From positions 1,714-65,713 of IMG/VR virus record IMGVR_UViG_3300025849_001733: a DNA stretch of 64,000 nucleotides; one strand, written 5' to 3'. Below the pieces are notes generated by a model, which was given only the letters and a program-made list of their open reading frames with translations, did not search any database and was not told where the DNA came from. The DNA comes from a virus. Taxonomy: Duplodnaviria > Caudoviricetes. How positions within the stretch are numbered: position 1 is the first letter of the stretch; every line of letters starts with the position of its first letter. Of this stretch, positions 49,792-58,214 are shown piece after piece. A program made the position numbers and the translations under genes.

Positions 49792-49810
49792 AAGTCCTTT
49801 CCTTAGTAGT

Positions 49811-50194
49811 TTAGTAGTGTTGTTTAGATGGAATGACGCCTCTTACGCCACCTTTCGGTTCCTCCGTATCTCCATCTCGGCGGAAGATTAAATGAACATG
49901 AGGATACATACAAGTTTGACCTGCACTTTCTCCTATGTTAATTCCTACATTGAATCCTGTAATATTAGTATTTGTAGATTCTATATTTTGTACACCCATC
50001 TCTGTAGCAAATTTAAAACATTTCATAATTGCATCTTGATGATTAACTTTTGGCACAACTAATGTGTGACCTTCAGTTACTGGATACTTATCAGTATATA
50101 CAACAAAGTCTTTGGTATTGAGTTCAACCGTATCCCACGGAGCTCTACCGTCTTGTTGTGCTTTTTCTAGTGTATCAAGAGAATACGAATTCAT
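49811..50194 (-). CDS. HIT family nucleotide hydrolase
   Basis: DKYPVTEGHTLVVPK...NIGESAGQT..YPHVHLI. Confidence 0.85.
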   Translation of the reverse strand: MNSYSLDTLEKAQQDGRAPWDTVELNTKDFVVYTDKYPVTEGHTLVVPKVNHQDAIMKCFKFATEMGVQNIESTNTNITGFNVGINIGESAGQTCMYPHVHLIFRRDGDTEEPKGGVRGVIPSKQHY

Positions 50195-50711
50195 TGTCTT
50201 TTTCTTGTCTTTCATAATAATTAAAATTTATAAGTGTTCGTCTATCACTATCTGTACATTTTGTACCACAGTGTACTAGGTTAGAATTAAATATAACCAA
50301 TCTATTCTCTACAGCATCAACTGACGGATAATCTTTAAAATGTAAAGGACCGTTACAAGTGTTTAAATAGTATATTGCTGTTATACAGTTTGATATATCA
50401 GTATGGTATCCTGTTTTAACTAGTTTATATGTACGGGGAGTCACTATTGCTTGAATACGCATAAATGCTCTTGGTTGAATTATATTAAAAATAGGATTTA
50501 GTAATTCAAAAAACTCACTACGTTGATATAAACCGTTATAAAATACGTGTGAAAATTTAAACTCTAGTTCTTTATCATTAGTTTCTTTCTGTGCATAGCC
50601 TTCGCTCATGCTCCATGGAAAGATATCACTCCACATTATACTTCTAACGTATTCAAAATCTTTTAATGATAATGCATTGTCTATAATTTTTATAGATTCA
50701 CCTTTAAGCAT
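50175..50711 (-). CDS. 2OG-Fe(II) oxygenase
   Basis: GYHTD...AIYYLN...NRLVIF...HCG...R. Confidence 0.8.
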   Translation of the reverse strand: MLKGESIKIIDNALSLKDFEYVRSIMWSDIFPWSMSEGYAQKETNDKELEFKFSHVFYNGLYQRSEFFELLNPIFNIIQPRAFMRIQAIVTPRTYKLVKTGYHTDISNCITAIYYLNTCNGPLHFKDYPSVDAVENRLVIFNSNLVHCGTKCTDSDRRTLINFNYYERQEKDNEFVFS

Positions 50712-50713
50712 TA

Positions 50714-51256
50714 TTAACCTACATTTTCCCAAGGATAAACAAGCCAGACATCTTCTTCCGCTTTATTAATTTCGTGACAAGTGTAACTAATAGGTACAAG
50801 TACTTCACTAGCCATGTTATCTGTAAGTGTAGCAAACTTTACGTTATTGCCCCACACACGATTCCAAGCATTATCATCTGGTAGACAACCTGCTTGCCAG
50901 TCTTGCATAATCCAATTAAATGTAGCACCAGTATCATTAATGTCATCTACAATAAGAATTTTTTTACGCAATTTCGGACTGCTTTTACCATTAAATGCAC
51001 CTTCGTTATAATAGCCAAAAGCATCTTCTGCCATCCAACAGTTGCTTTCACTTTCACTAGTATCGTCACGCAAACTTACTTTAATTGCTTCACAACGTAT
51101 ACCAGTCATGTTACTGATAATAGTAGCAGGAACATTACCACCACGGGTAATACCAACAATGTAATCTGGCTTCCAGTTGTCTTTATACATTTGTAATATT
51201 ATGTTAGTACAATACTTTTCTACATCTTGCCAGCTATAATAATGTTTCTTAATCAT
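50714..51256 (-). CDS. Type I phosphoribosyltransferase (xanthine/guanine PRT-like)
   Basis: GITRGG; LIVDDINDTGAT PRPP motif; WLVYPWE. Confidence 0.88.
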   Translation of the reverse strand: MIKKHYYSWQDVEKYCTNIILQMYKDNWKPDYIVGITRGGNVPATIISNMTGIRCEAIKVSLRDDTSESESNCWMAEDAFGYYNEGAFNGKSSPKLRKKILIVDDINDTGATFNWIMQDWQAGCLPDDNAWNRVWGNNVKFATLTDNMASEVLVPISYTCHEINKAEEDVWLVYPWENVG

Positions 51257-51702
51257 TCGTCTTTTGCACCTCTTGCTAGATAATCTTTGTTGTGTACCCA
51301 TATACCGTTTTTAATAAATCCCCAAGCGCCTGCTTTTTTACCCATAAAGAACAAACTCCAGCAAGGTATTTCATTACCGTCTGCGTCTTTGTCAAGTTCT
51401 AAATAATGTAAGTCGCTTGCACTACGATAGCGGAAGTGTCCAGGGCCTCTCCAAAAGCGTCCGTTTGGTGTGTTTTCATAATACCCACCTTTAATAATAA
51501 AAGTAGCATAACTCCATGGATGATCATGTAGTGTAGGTTCATCACTTACTAAAACTTTGTGTAGTGTAATGTTAAAAGGAAAGTTCTTTCGTTCTTTTAA
51601 AAACAAATAGTAACGTACTAGATAAGGTACATTGCTATGACGTTCTGTAATAACTCGCCTTCTACCTAGTTTATCCATAATCTTAGAAAGGAATTGGGTC
51701 AT
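51253..51702 (-). CDS. Cupin-like phage protein
   Basis: LH...D...LHDHPW...GGYYE...H...WSLF...WGF. Confidence 0.65.
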   Translation of the reverse strand: MTQFLSKIMDKLGRRRVITERHSNVPYLVRYYLFLKERKNFPFNITLHKVLVSDEPTLHDHPWSYATFIIKGGYYENTPNGRFWRGPGHFRYRSASDLHYLELDKDADGNEIPCWSLFFMGKKAGAWGFIKNGIWVHNKDYLARGAKDE

Positions 51703-52030
51703 TAATTTCTCCTGCTTCTTTTTTACCTTTATAATCTTGTTGTACCATATCATAAACACTTTTAAAGTTTTGCCATACTTTAGATAATGCAGGATACTCG
51801 TCACACATACGTTCAACTTCTTGTGGATCGATATAGTTATTCAAAACTCCTTCATAAGTGCTGCTATTAGTGGTAAAAGTAACATCGTCACTGATTATAT
51901 TGTCAATATTAAACGTGTAATCACTGTCAGTTACAGTAATGATATTGCTTAGATCAATAGTATCAATAGTACTGGTATTGGTATAAGTGCTATCGCCGAT
52001 TGAAATAGTAAACGTGCCATCATCATTCAT
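51683..52030 (-). CDS. Hypothetical protein, Thr/Asp-rich
   Basis: 115 aa, coupled; MC.EYPAL C-terminus. Confidence 0.6.
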   Translation of the reverse strand: MNDDGTFTISIGDSTYTNTSTIDTIDLSNIITVTDSDYTFNIDNIISDDVTFTTNSSTYEGVLNNYIDPQEVERMCDEYPALSKVWQNFKSVYDMVQQDYKGKKEAGEINDPIPF

Positions 52031-53196
52031 TTGAAATTGCCTTATAAAGTTCTGTACCACTAAAAAATTCTTTGTTTAGTTTAGTTCGTTGTTTGTCTAA
52101 ACTAACAAGAAGATCTTCATAGTTTTCCATATAATTTACAATTTGTGCTATTACTTTGTCTCTGTTGTGTAAGTATGCATCAAAATTTTCAGTCCATTCA
52201 CTTGGATATTTAAATTCTGGCAGTGCCATTTCACTATAGCTTAGTCTATCGGGCACCATAGGAATAGCATCTACTAATGCACCTTCGTACCAACTAATGC
52301 CTAGTGTTTCTTGCAAGTTAGCACTAAACACAAGTTTAGCTTCGCCTAGTAAGTTGTGATATTCATTTTTACTAAGTTCCTGATCCTGGCACACAACAAA
52401 TTCATATTGTGGTAAACGTTCTGCAAGATCTCTAAAGATATCTACTTGTTTCTCAGGAGCAACACGATGTGGAAATAATATAAGATTACGCTTTTCCATA
52501 CCTTTATAACTATCTAAACTGTTACGTAGATACTCCATAGGCCAGCCAACTTTAACAGCTCTATTCATATCAACGTCATAATCGTCCATCATAGTGTCTG
52601 TAAACAAATCTATATGGAAGTGTGTAGCATAAAAGTTATCATCATAACATTCATACATTGACATCTCAGCGAGCTCTATTCATATCAACGTCATAATCGT
52701 CCATCATAGTGTCTGTAAACAAATCTATATGGAAGTGTGTAGCATAAAAGTTATCATCATAACATTCATACATTGACATCTCAGCGTGTCTTACCCAAGG
52801 CTTATCGCCAATAAGTCTTCCTAAGAAGTCTTGTGGATCATATGATCCGGCGTGCCACATACCACCTATCTTGATATCAACACCAAGTAGCTCAGCCATA
52901 TAACGAAGTTGAATAACAGTAGGGTTCCAAGCGTCTGTATATAAGAAGTAGTCACCATCTCGTACCACACCATTGCAAAACATTTCACCAATCTGTTCCA
53001 ACTGTTTACTTTTGTAGACATTGGTACCTCCGAAGTTGAGAAAAGCCCCAGGCGTAGTTGCCTGAGGAGTTTCTCCGCCGCTAATAACTTTTACATCTTC
53101 ATTAGTAGCCCGTTGAAGTTGCCTTGGAAGAAAATCTTTCCATTGCTTAGTATAACGTGTGTCTACTGCTTCAATGTCTACTATATGAATAGTCAT
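52023..53196 (-). pseudogene. GT-B (GT4-like) glycosyltransferase frameshifted by a 115-bp tandem duplication (restored 352 aa)
   Basis: Fragments 52666..53196 and 52023..52664; R...EK and ETLGISWYEG (ExxG...E); WHAGSYD. Confidence 0.8.
52557..52786. repeat. Exact 115-bp tandem duplication
   Basis: 52557-52671 = 52672-52786; peptide MSMYECY...DMNRA appears in both fragments. Confidence 0.95.
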
Positions 53197-53430
53197 TTAG
53201 TTACTCCGGCTAAAGTTTTTACGTGGTCGTTGAACAAAGTTCTTACCACCATTACGAGATTTGGCTCGCATCCAACCTTGCCATTTTTGATAAGATTGCC
53301 AAATAATCGAATCCGATTTATAAAGGTCTGCTTCATTAAAGACCTTTCCTTCAAAGCGACAGTAGTCGCGGAATTTTTCCAAGTCATTAAACACTTTCGT
53401 GTACGCTTCACGATTAAACTCGATAGACAT
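53197..53430 (-). CDS. Hypothetical phage protein
   Basis: MSIEFNRE...FRDYCRFEG..FNE; fills gap between QueD-like gene and GT. Confidence 0.65.
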   Translation of the reverse strand: MSIEFNREAYTKVFNDLEKFRDYCRFEGKVFNEADLYKSDSIIWQSYQKWQGWMRAKSRNGGKNFVQRPRKNFSRSN

Positions 53431-53449
53431 TTTGATTTCTCTCTTTTTG

Positions 53450-53923
53450 TCATTTAGTGGGGTAAAAAATAGAACAGCCATTTTCATTATCTTCAGCTAC
53501 GCTGATCTCTACAAAGCGGCCGGGATACTTTGCAGAAATTTGTTGATACAAGTCGTCTGCGATCATTTCGCAGCTCTTGTGATCTAACTGTAATACATCC
53601 TGTGCATACAGTCTTTCCATCCATCGCTTGAACTGGATGAACTCAATATCGCGATCGTTATGAAATACTTCAATACGAACACGAAAGTGAAAAATATGAC
53701 GATGTGGAATACCAAGGAATGATACGTCATCCCAATCGCCGGTTGCTAGTTTAGGGTCTGTATCAGCCCCTGGGTACATGTGTACACCTTCTTTAGCGAA
53801 AGTTACCCATATACTTCGTTCTGCTGTTGTCATGGGTACATTAATAGTTGTACTTGCTTCTGTCATTTTAGCGTCTTCTTCTCTCATTCTACGTAACATA
53901 TAATCGTAATAGCGTTCTTGCAT
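53450..53923 (-). CDS. dpdL: QueD-like T-fold protein with LxxxHRHxF motif, probable DpdL (CDG decarboxylase type)
   Basis: EGVH...FLGIPHRHIF...RDIEFI...SCE...EDNENG; canonical QueD CxxxHGH absent; DpdL motif recalled from literature. Confidence 0.65.
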   Translation of the reverse strand: MQERYYDYMLRRMREEDAKMTEASTTINVPMTTAERSIWVTFAKEGVHMYPGADTDPKLATGDWDDVSFLGIPHRHIFHFRVRIEVFHNDRDIEFIQFKRWMERLYAQDVLQLDHKSCEMIADDLYQQISAKYPGRFVEISVAEDNENGCSIFYPTK

Positions 53924-53930
53924 TGTTTAT

Positions 53931-53959
53931 AGTATACTTTCATTTGTTAGAGTTGTCAA
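53931..53959 (-). promoter_or_regulatory. sigma70 promoter TTGACA-17-TATACT, ATG 7 nt downstream
   Basis: Minus strand, upstream of 53923. Confidence 0.75.
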
Positions 53960-53963
53960 GTGT

Positions 53964-54668
53964 TTAAAATTGAAAAATTGAAAAATATTTTTTGGTTAGT
54001 TCATGTTCTAATTGATGTTGATCAAGTCGCCAGTGCTTAATTATAGGATTTTGTGGCTTAACATCAACCCAAACTGCTTGTCCGCTTATTCCAAAGTCTT
54101 GGTATTCGTCACTAGGTGTATCAACACCAATTAATGCTCTTGGAGCAAGAAAACCAAAATCTGTTTGTAAATTTTTTAAAGCAAAATCTAAAATGTATCC
54201 GTTACATGACACTGCCATATGTGAATCAATTGATCCATATTCTACTGGATTTCCTGGACCCCGTTGATCTGATAAACCAAACTTAGTTGATTGTCCTTTT
54301 TCATCGTTTGCCCAATAGCAAATCATCTGTTTTGCAGAAGATGAAAATCCATGTAGTCTTAGTATTCTTCTAAGAACACACGAAATTAAAATACACTGAT
54401 CGCCGTATTGTTCAATAAATCCTAAATTTACAAACCTGATATAAAGTTCTTGAAATTGCGAAGGAAGATCGTTCCTATCAATATCTTTAGAAATACCTAG
54501 TCCATTATCTTCAGGAAATTTTAAATCAAACGATTTATCCCAACCGTATCTTACTAAATGAGATGCTGGATTATTGATATAATTATCGTATTGATTTATT
54601 TTAAGACGCGGCTTAATAATAACTTCAGAGTTACTAGGAACTTCAATAGTTGATCTACTCATCGACAT
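53964..54668 (-). CDS. Hypothetical protein with possible transglutaminase-like Cys-His-Asp triad
   Basis: DQCILIS..L...L..HG; SHMAVSCNGYILDF. Confidence 0.5.
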   Translation of the reverse strand: MSMSRSTIEVPSNSEVIIKPRLKINQYDNYINNPASHLVRYGWDKSFDLKFPEDNGLGISKDIDRNDLPSQFQELYIRFVNLGFIEQYGDQCILISCVLRRILRLHGFSSSAKQMICYWANDEKGQSTKFGLSDQRGPGNPVEYGSIDSHMAVSCNGYILDFALKNLQTDFGFLAPRALIGVDTPSDEYQDFGISGQAVWVDVKPQNPIIKHWRLDQHQLEHELTKKYFSIFQF

Positions 54669-55224
54669 ATTTTGTCCTTGCCGTACTTACTCCAATCTGT
54701 GAACTTTTCACGGTCCATTAGATCGTGCAAACTATGGCACCAAACACCAGGGTTAGTTGCCTTAAAGTCTTTATCATCAATCTTCAACATAGTGTTGTAG
54801 TTCCACAGTTTTGCATAAGGCAATGGAATGCGCAATTGTGGGATAAAGTTATCATATTCAATTAGTGGAGATTCTAAAAATGCTTCTGCAAGAGAAATAG
54901 GAATATCTAAACTACACAGTTTACCTGCTGTTAACAATGCTTTGATCATATTATCCCAAGGCGTCCATTCGTCAGCATCTTCTGGTCCCAAGGCGTCCAT
55001 TCGTCAGCATCTTCTGGAAAGTTTGTACCTGGATTAAATGAGTGATTAGCACCAAAGAATATGTGTTCGCAACCTTCTCTGTTGTAGAACTCCATAATAT
55101 CATGACAGCTTTGAACACCTGTAACAAACAGTGTCTTCATACCAAATGCAGGAGTCTTCTCAACTTCTACACCTGTAAAGAAAGTAATGTCGTTTGCTTC
55201 GCCTGTTTCGTAATCTCGTTTCAT
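54659..55224 (-). pseudogene. Unknown protein frameshifted by a 32-bp tandem duplication (restored 177 aa)
   Basis: Fragments 54946..55224 and 54659..55000 both carry PEDADEWTPWD; GVEVE..., HIFFGANHSF, KIDD...NPGVWCH. Confidence 0.75.
54954..55017. repeat. Exact 32-bp tandem duplication
   Basis: 54954-54985 = 54986-55017 (TCCCAAGGCG...CTTCTGG). Confidence 0.95.
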
Positions 55225-55763
55225 TAAAATTCTCCAAAAAGGTCATTTAGTTGTTGCCGAGATTTAGTCATACCAAATAAATTCTCAGCCTTGTTAAATT
55301 TTATACGCAACTTCCAGCTATTACTTTTAACTTTTTCTAAAATTAAATGCTCAGACTTAGGTGTATTGGAACCTTTTAAAAGTTGATCTGCTAGGTCGGC
55401 TAGTTCCTCTTCAAGTACATCTTGTATTGGTCCAAAGTCAATTTTTCTTACAGGGTGAAACACTCCAGCTTCGTGAGTATGTAGATTCCATTTTTTAAAC
55501 TTTTCTAAGAACACTGCACCGTCGTCGGCAATTATATCATCAGCTGTACTCGAAGCAACACTAATATGTCCTTTTTTAGTTTTATCCCAAGTTTTAATTT
55601 CTAATTCTAAATCAGGAATATCATTACCGGGTCCATAGTTAGTTTCTATACCGCGTTTGTCATATGCTCTTTGCATAGCCATACCATATCCACCGTCTCC
55701 AAATCCGCCAGCAGGAGGTATATAATTTGATTCAAAAATAGGAGTTACTCGATTTGCCTTCAT
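55224..55763 (-). CDS. Putative PD-(D/E)xK nuclease
   Basis: G..MQ...GPGNDIPDLELEIKT (D...ExK). Confidence 0.5.
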   Translation of the reverse strand: MKANRVTPIFESNYIPPAGGFGDGGYGMAMQRAYDKRGIETNYGPGNDIPDLELEIKTWDKTKKGHISVASSTADDIIADDGAVFLEKFKKWNLHTHEAGVFHPVRKIDFGPIQDVLEEELADLADQLLKGSNTPKSEHLILEKVKSNSWKLRIKFNKAENLFGMTKSRQQLNDLFGEF

Positions 55764-55972
55764 TATTCTAAGCCTTTTTGTACTAGATATAAATTGATTC
55801 TATGCATTTCGTCTTTTAAGTAAAGTTTCATAGTTTTCATTCTACGAACTTCTTCTGTTACTGTCATATTATTATACTTGGTTTCTAGCTCTGTGTCAAG
55901 CTCTCTGTGCTTGCGTTCTAATTCTTCGTAGTGCGCTCTTAGTTTATCTTCAACTTCATCATAATTGCTCAT
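55763..55972 (-). CDS. Small coiled-coil DUF465/YdcH-like protein
   Basis: L...H..LD...K..KL.LKDE; start MSNYD. Confidence 0.65.
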   Translation of the reverse strand: MSNYDEVEDKLRAHYEELERKHRELDTELETKYNNMTVTEEVRRMKTMKLYLKDEMHRINLYLVQKGLE

Positions 55973-57482
55973 CCTCGAGTTCCTCCAACTTAGACTCATC
56001 AAATATATCTTCTTCAATTGTTTCTTCTACATCAAAAAGTGCATTAAAGTAAGTTGAACTGTTTACAGTTTTTTTACCAATAGCACCTCGTGTACCTGGA
56101 ATAGCCATCCAAAATTTTGAATACTCATCAATTTTTGCTAGGGCTTCGTCTTTGTTTGTAATTGCAAATATTTCTTCCACAACATCTCTAAATAGAATCC
56201 TGTCAAATTGCTCTTGTACAAGCATTTTTGGAATGACTCCTGCATCGTATTGTCTGTTCGCTTCTTGAACTGCATTAATGTGACTCCACACGTTATGACC
56301 CATTTGGATCGCATATGAAAAACTATCCCATGATGTTTTTCCTTCTTTACCTATTTTATTTAAGTCTCCGGGAGCATAAGTGCAAACGTCCGATACTTTG
56401 AGTTCAGCGGTAAGTGGACTGTCTTCAAAGTTTTTAAATATCCCATCTGATATAACAGCGTCTCTAAACAAGCGGTTGTCTGAAGCATATTTTTTATCGT
56501 CAACGCTCGGCACCATTCGATATGTCCATTTCGAGCGATCCTCTGTTTCGTTCTGTATGTATATCTGTCCGTTAGCGGTTGCGAGGAAAGGACTAGCACA
56601 GTCAAAGGTAATAGTAAAGTTTTCATTATAATTCTTCCTTACTGCACGTTGTATATCTGTTAGCAATGTAGCCCACTCTAGTTTACTTGTACCTAGGAAG
56701 TGCATTACATCGTGTATGCCTTTTTGTAATAGGTTATCAAAATATAGTGTTACTATACGTTTAAGTACTAAATGTACATCACACATATTCTGTCCACCCA
56801 TTGACCAACCATTAAAATGATTATCTGGGTACTTAACTGGATCACAGTAGTCTTTCATCTGCTCATACCAGTCATCTGCGTCTGTGTGATTCTCACCTTG
56901 CAATACGTTTAAGAACTTACAAGCACCTGTTCTGTGCTTCATCCAATAGTCGTTGTTAATACGTGTTGCTTTTACAGCTTCTTGATATGTACTAATGCCT
57001 GTTGCTTTTGCACCTTCAGGTGAACGTGCTACCCAGGCTGGAATATCAAGTATCATTCCGTAGTCCATATAAGCATCCATCCAACGTAACACTCCGTCAC
57101 GTTTCTTTTGTGCTTTAGGACAATTAGGATCTTTCCAGTCGCCTTCCCAAACACCCTTACCAATTTGGAAACCACCTGAGTCTCCAAGCATCCAGCTGTT
57201 GTCTCTATCTCTATTACGGATCATATCTTCTTTAGGACTATGCTTGTTAACATCAAGTTCGGCGTGTCCTGCTGAATACAGCGTCCATTGATATTGGAAC
57301 TGACCTTCAGTTTTATTAAGATAGTTTAAACTTTCAACACCGTGCGTAAAGTTTGAAGGAATACGCGACTTGTCCACATACTCGTCATAACGCTGTTTGC
57401 CTACATAAGTTGCATAGAAGCCGCTTAGTGCAGGTAGGAATCTAGCGTAGTCCTTTTGTTCTGCGGTTAAGTCTTTTTTCAT
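55959..57482 (-). CDS. dpdA: TGT-family transglycosylase, DpdA-like DNA 7-deazaguanine inserter
   Basis: DSGGFQ, LDIP, VLQG, HFLG, FD.ASP; cluster with folE/queE next to replication genes. Confidence 0.75.
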   Translation of the reverse strand: MKKDLTAEQKDYARFLPALSGFYATYVGKQRYDEYVDKSRIPSNFTHGVESLNYLNKTEGQFQYQWTLYSAGHAELDVNKHSPKEDMIRNRDRDNSWMLGDSGGFQIGKGVWEGDWKDPNCPKAQKKRDGVLRWMDAYMDYGMILDIPAWVARSPEGAKATGISTYQEAVKATRINNDYWMKHRTGACKFLNVLQGENHTDADDWYEQMKDYCDPVKYPDNHFNGWSMGGQNMCDVHLVLKRIVTLYFDNLLQKGIHDVMHFLGTSKLEWATLLTDIQRAVRKNYNENFTITFDCASPFLATANGQIYIQNETEDRSKWTYRMVPSVDDKKYASDNRLFRDAVISDGIFKNFEDSPLTAELKVSDVCTYAPGDLNKIGKEGKTSWDSFSYAIQMGHNVWSHINAVQEANRQYDAGVIPKMLVQEQFDRILFRDVVEEIFAITNKDEALAKIDEYSKFWMAIPGTRGAIGKKTVNSSTYFNALFDVEETIEEDIFDESKLEELEDEQL

Positions 57483-57485
57483 CCG

Positions 57486-58214
57486 TTACTTACTCTGTGC
57501 TGGAAGTATATAATCATACTTTGCCATACCACTGTTTACACTAATTTGCATTGCACCTTGATCTGAAATACTTAAAGTCTTATCACCATCTAGATTAAGT
57601 ACAGATTGTACTTGTGCTACAGGCCAACTCCATGTATGTTGTAATGTTCCTTCAATGCCTTTTTGGAAGTCAAATTCACCTGCGTGTGTGCTTGCATCAC
57701 CAAAACTGAATACTAAGTTGCCATCAGTAGTTTTTACATTAAATGTAGGTTCTTCTGAATGCGCTGCACTCATTAGTTTCATACGTCCAATGCTTGCAAC
57801 ACTAGGTGTTACTTCTACATTCCAGCTTGCGCCTTTGAACTTAACAGTTTTAAGTTTTTCTTCAATAATTGCTTTGTTCATAAAGCGATAATCATTTTGG
57901 AAATCTCCTGGTGCATTTTCAAAGTGAATGTGCGTAGGAATAGTTTCGCCGTTACGTTCTGCTTGTACAACATCAATTTTTGCATCTTTTTGATATTCAG
58001 GATTCTTTAAATGTAGTGCTAACTTATCTAAGTTAGGCATACCAAAAGTACCATCTGCAATACGATGCGTAGTTGTTGCTGTCATAATAACCGAACGATC
58101 ATCAGCCATTGAATCGATAGTAGTTTCGTTACTATCTGTTGTTGACACTTTAACTAAGTTAAGGAAGCCTAACGAATGTGTGTGTGCAACAATGTCTTGT
58201 AAGATATCTTTCAT
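57486..58214 (-). CDS. Probable DNA polymerase sliding clamp
   Basis: 242 aa, beta-rich, ends YILPA as in PCNA-like clamps, near PolB. Confidence 0.55.
   Translation of the reverse strand: MKDILQDIVAHTHSLGFLNLVKVSTTDSNETTIDSMADDRSVIMTATTTHRIADGTFGMPNLDKLALHLKNPEYQKDAKIDVVQAERNGETIPTHIHFENAPGDFQNDYRFMNKAIIEEKLKTVKFKGASWNVEVTPSVASIGRMKLMSAAHSEEPTFNVKTTDGNLVFSFGDASTHAGEFDFQKGIEGTLQHTWSWPVAQVQSVLNLDGDKTLSISDQGAMQISVNSGMAKYDYILPAQSK

Noticed and set aside
53450-53923. Canonical queD
   Set aside because: CxxxHGH signature is replaced by LxxxHRHxF, so it is called QueD-like/DpdL
12565-55017. Tandem repeats as CRISPR arrays or programmed ribosomal frameshifts
   Set aside because: Two adjacent copies without spacers, unrelated to each other; breaks are fully explained by duplication, not slippery sites
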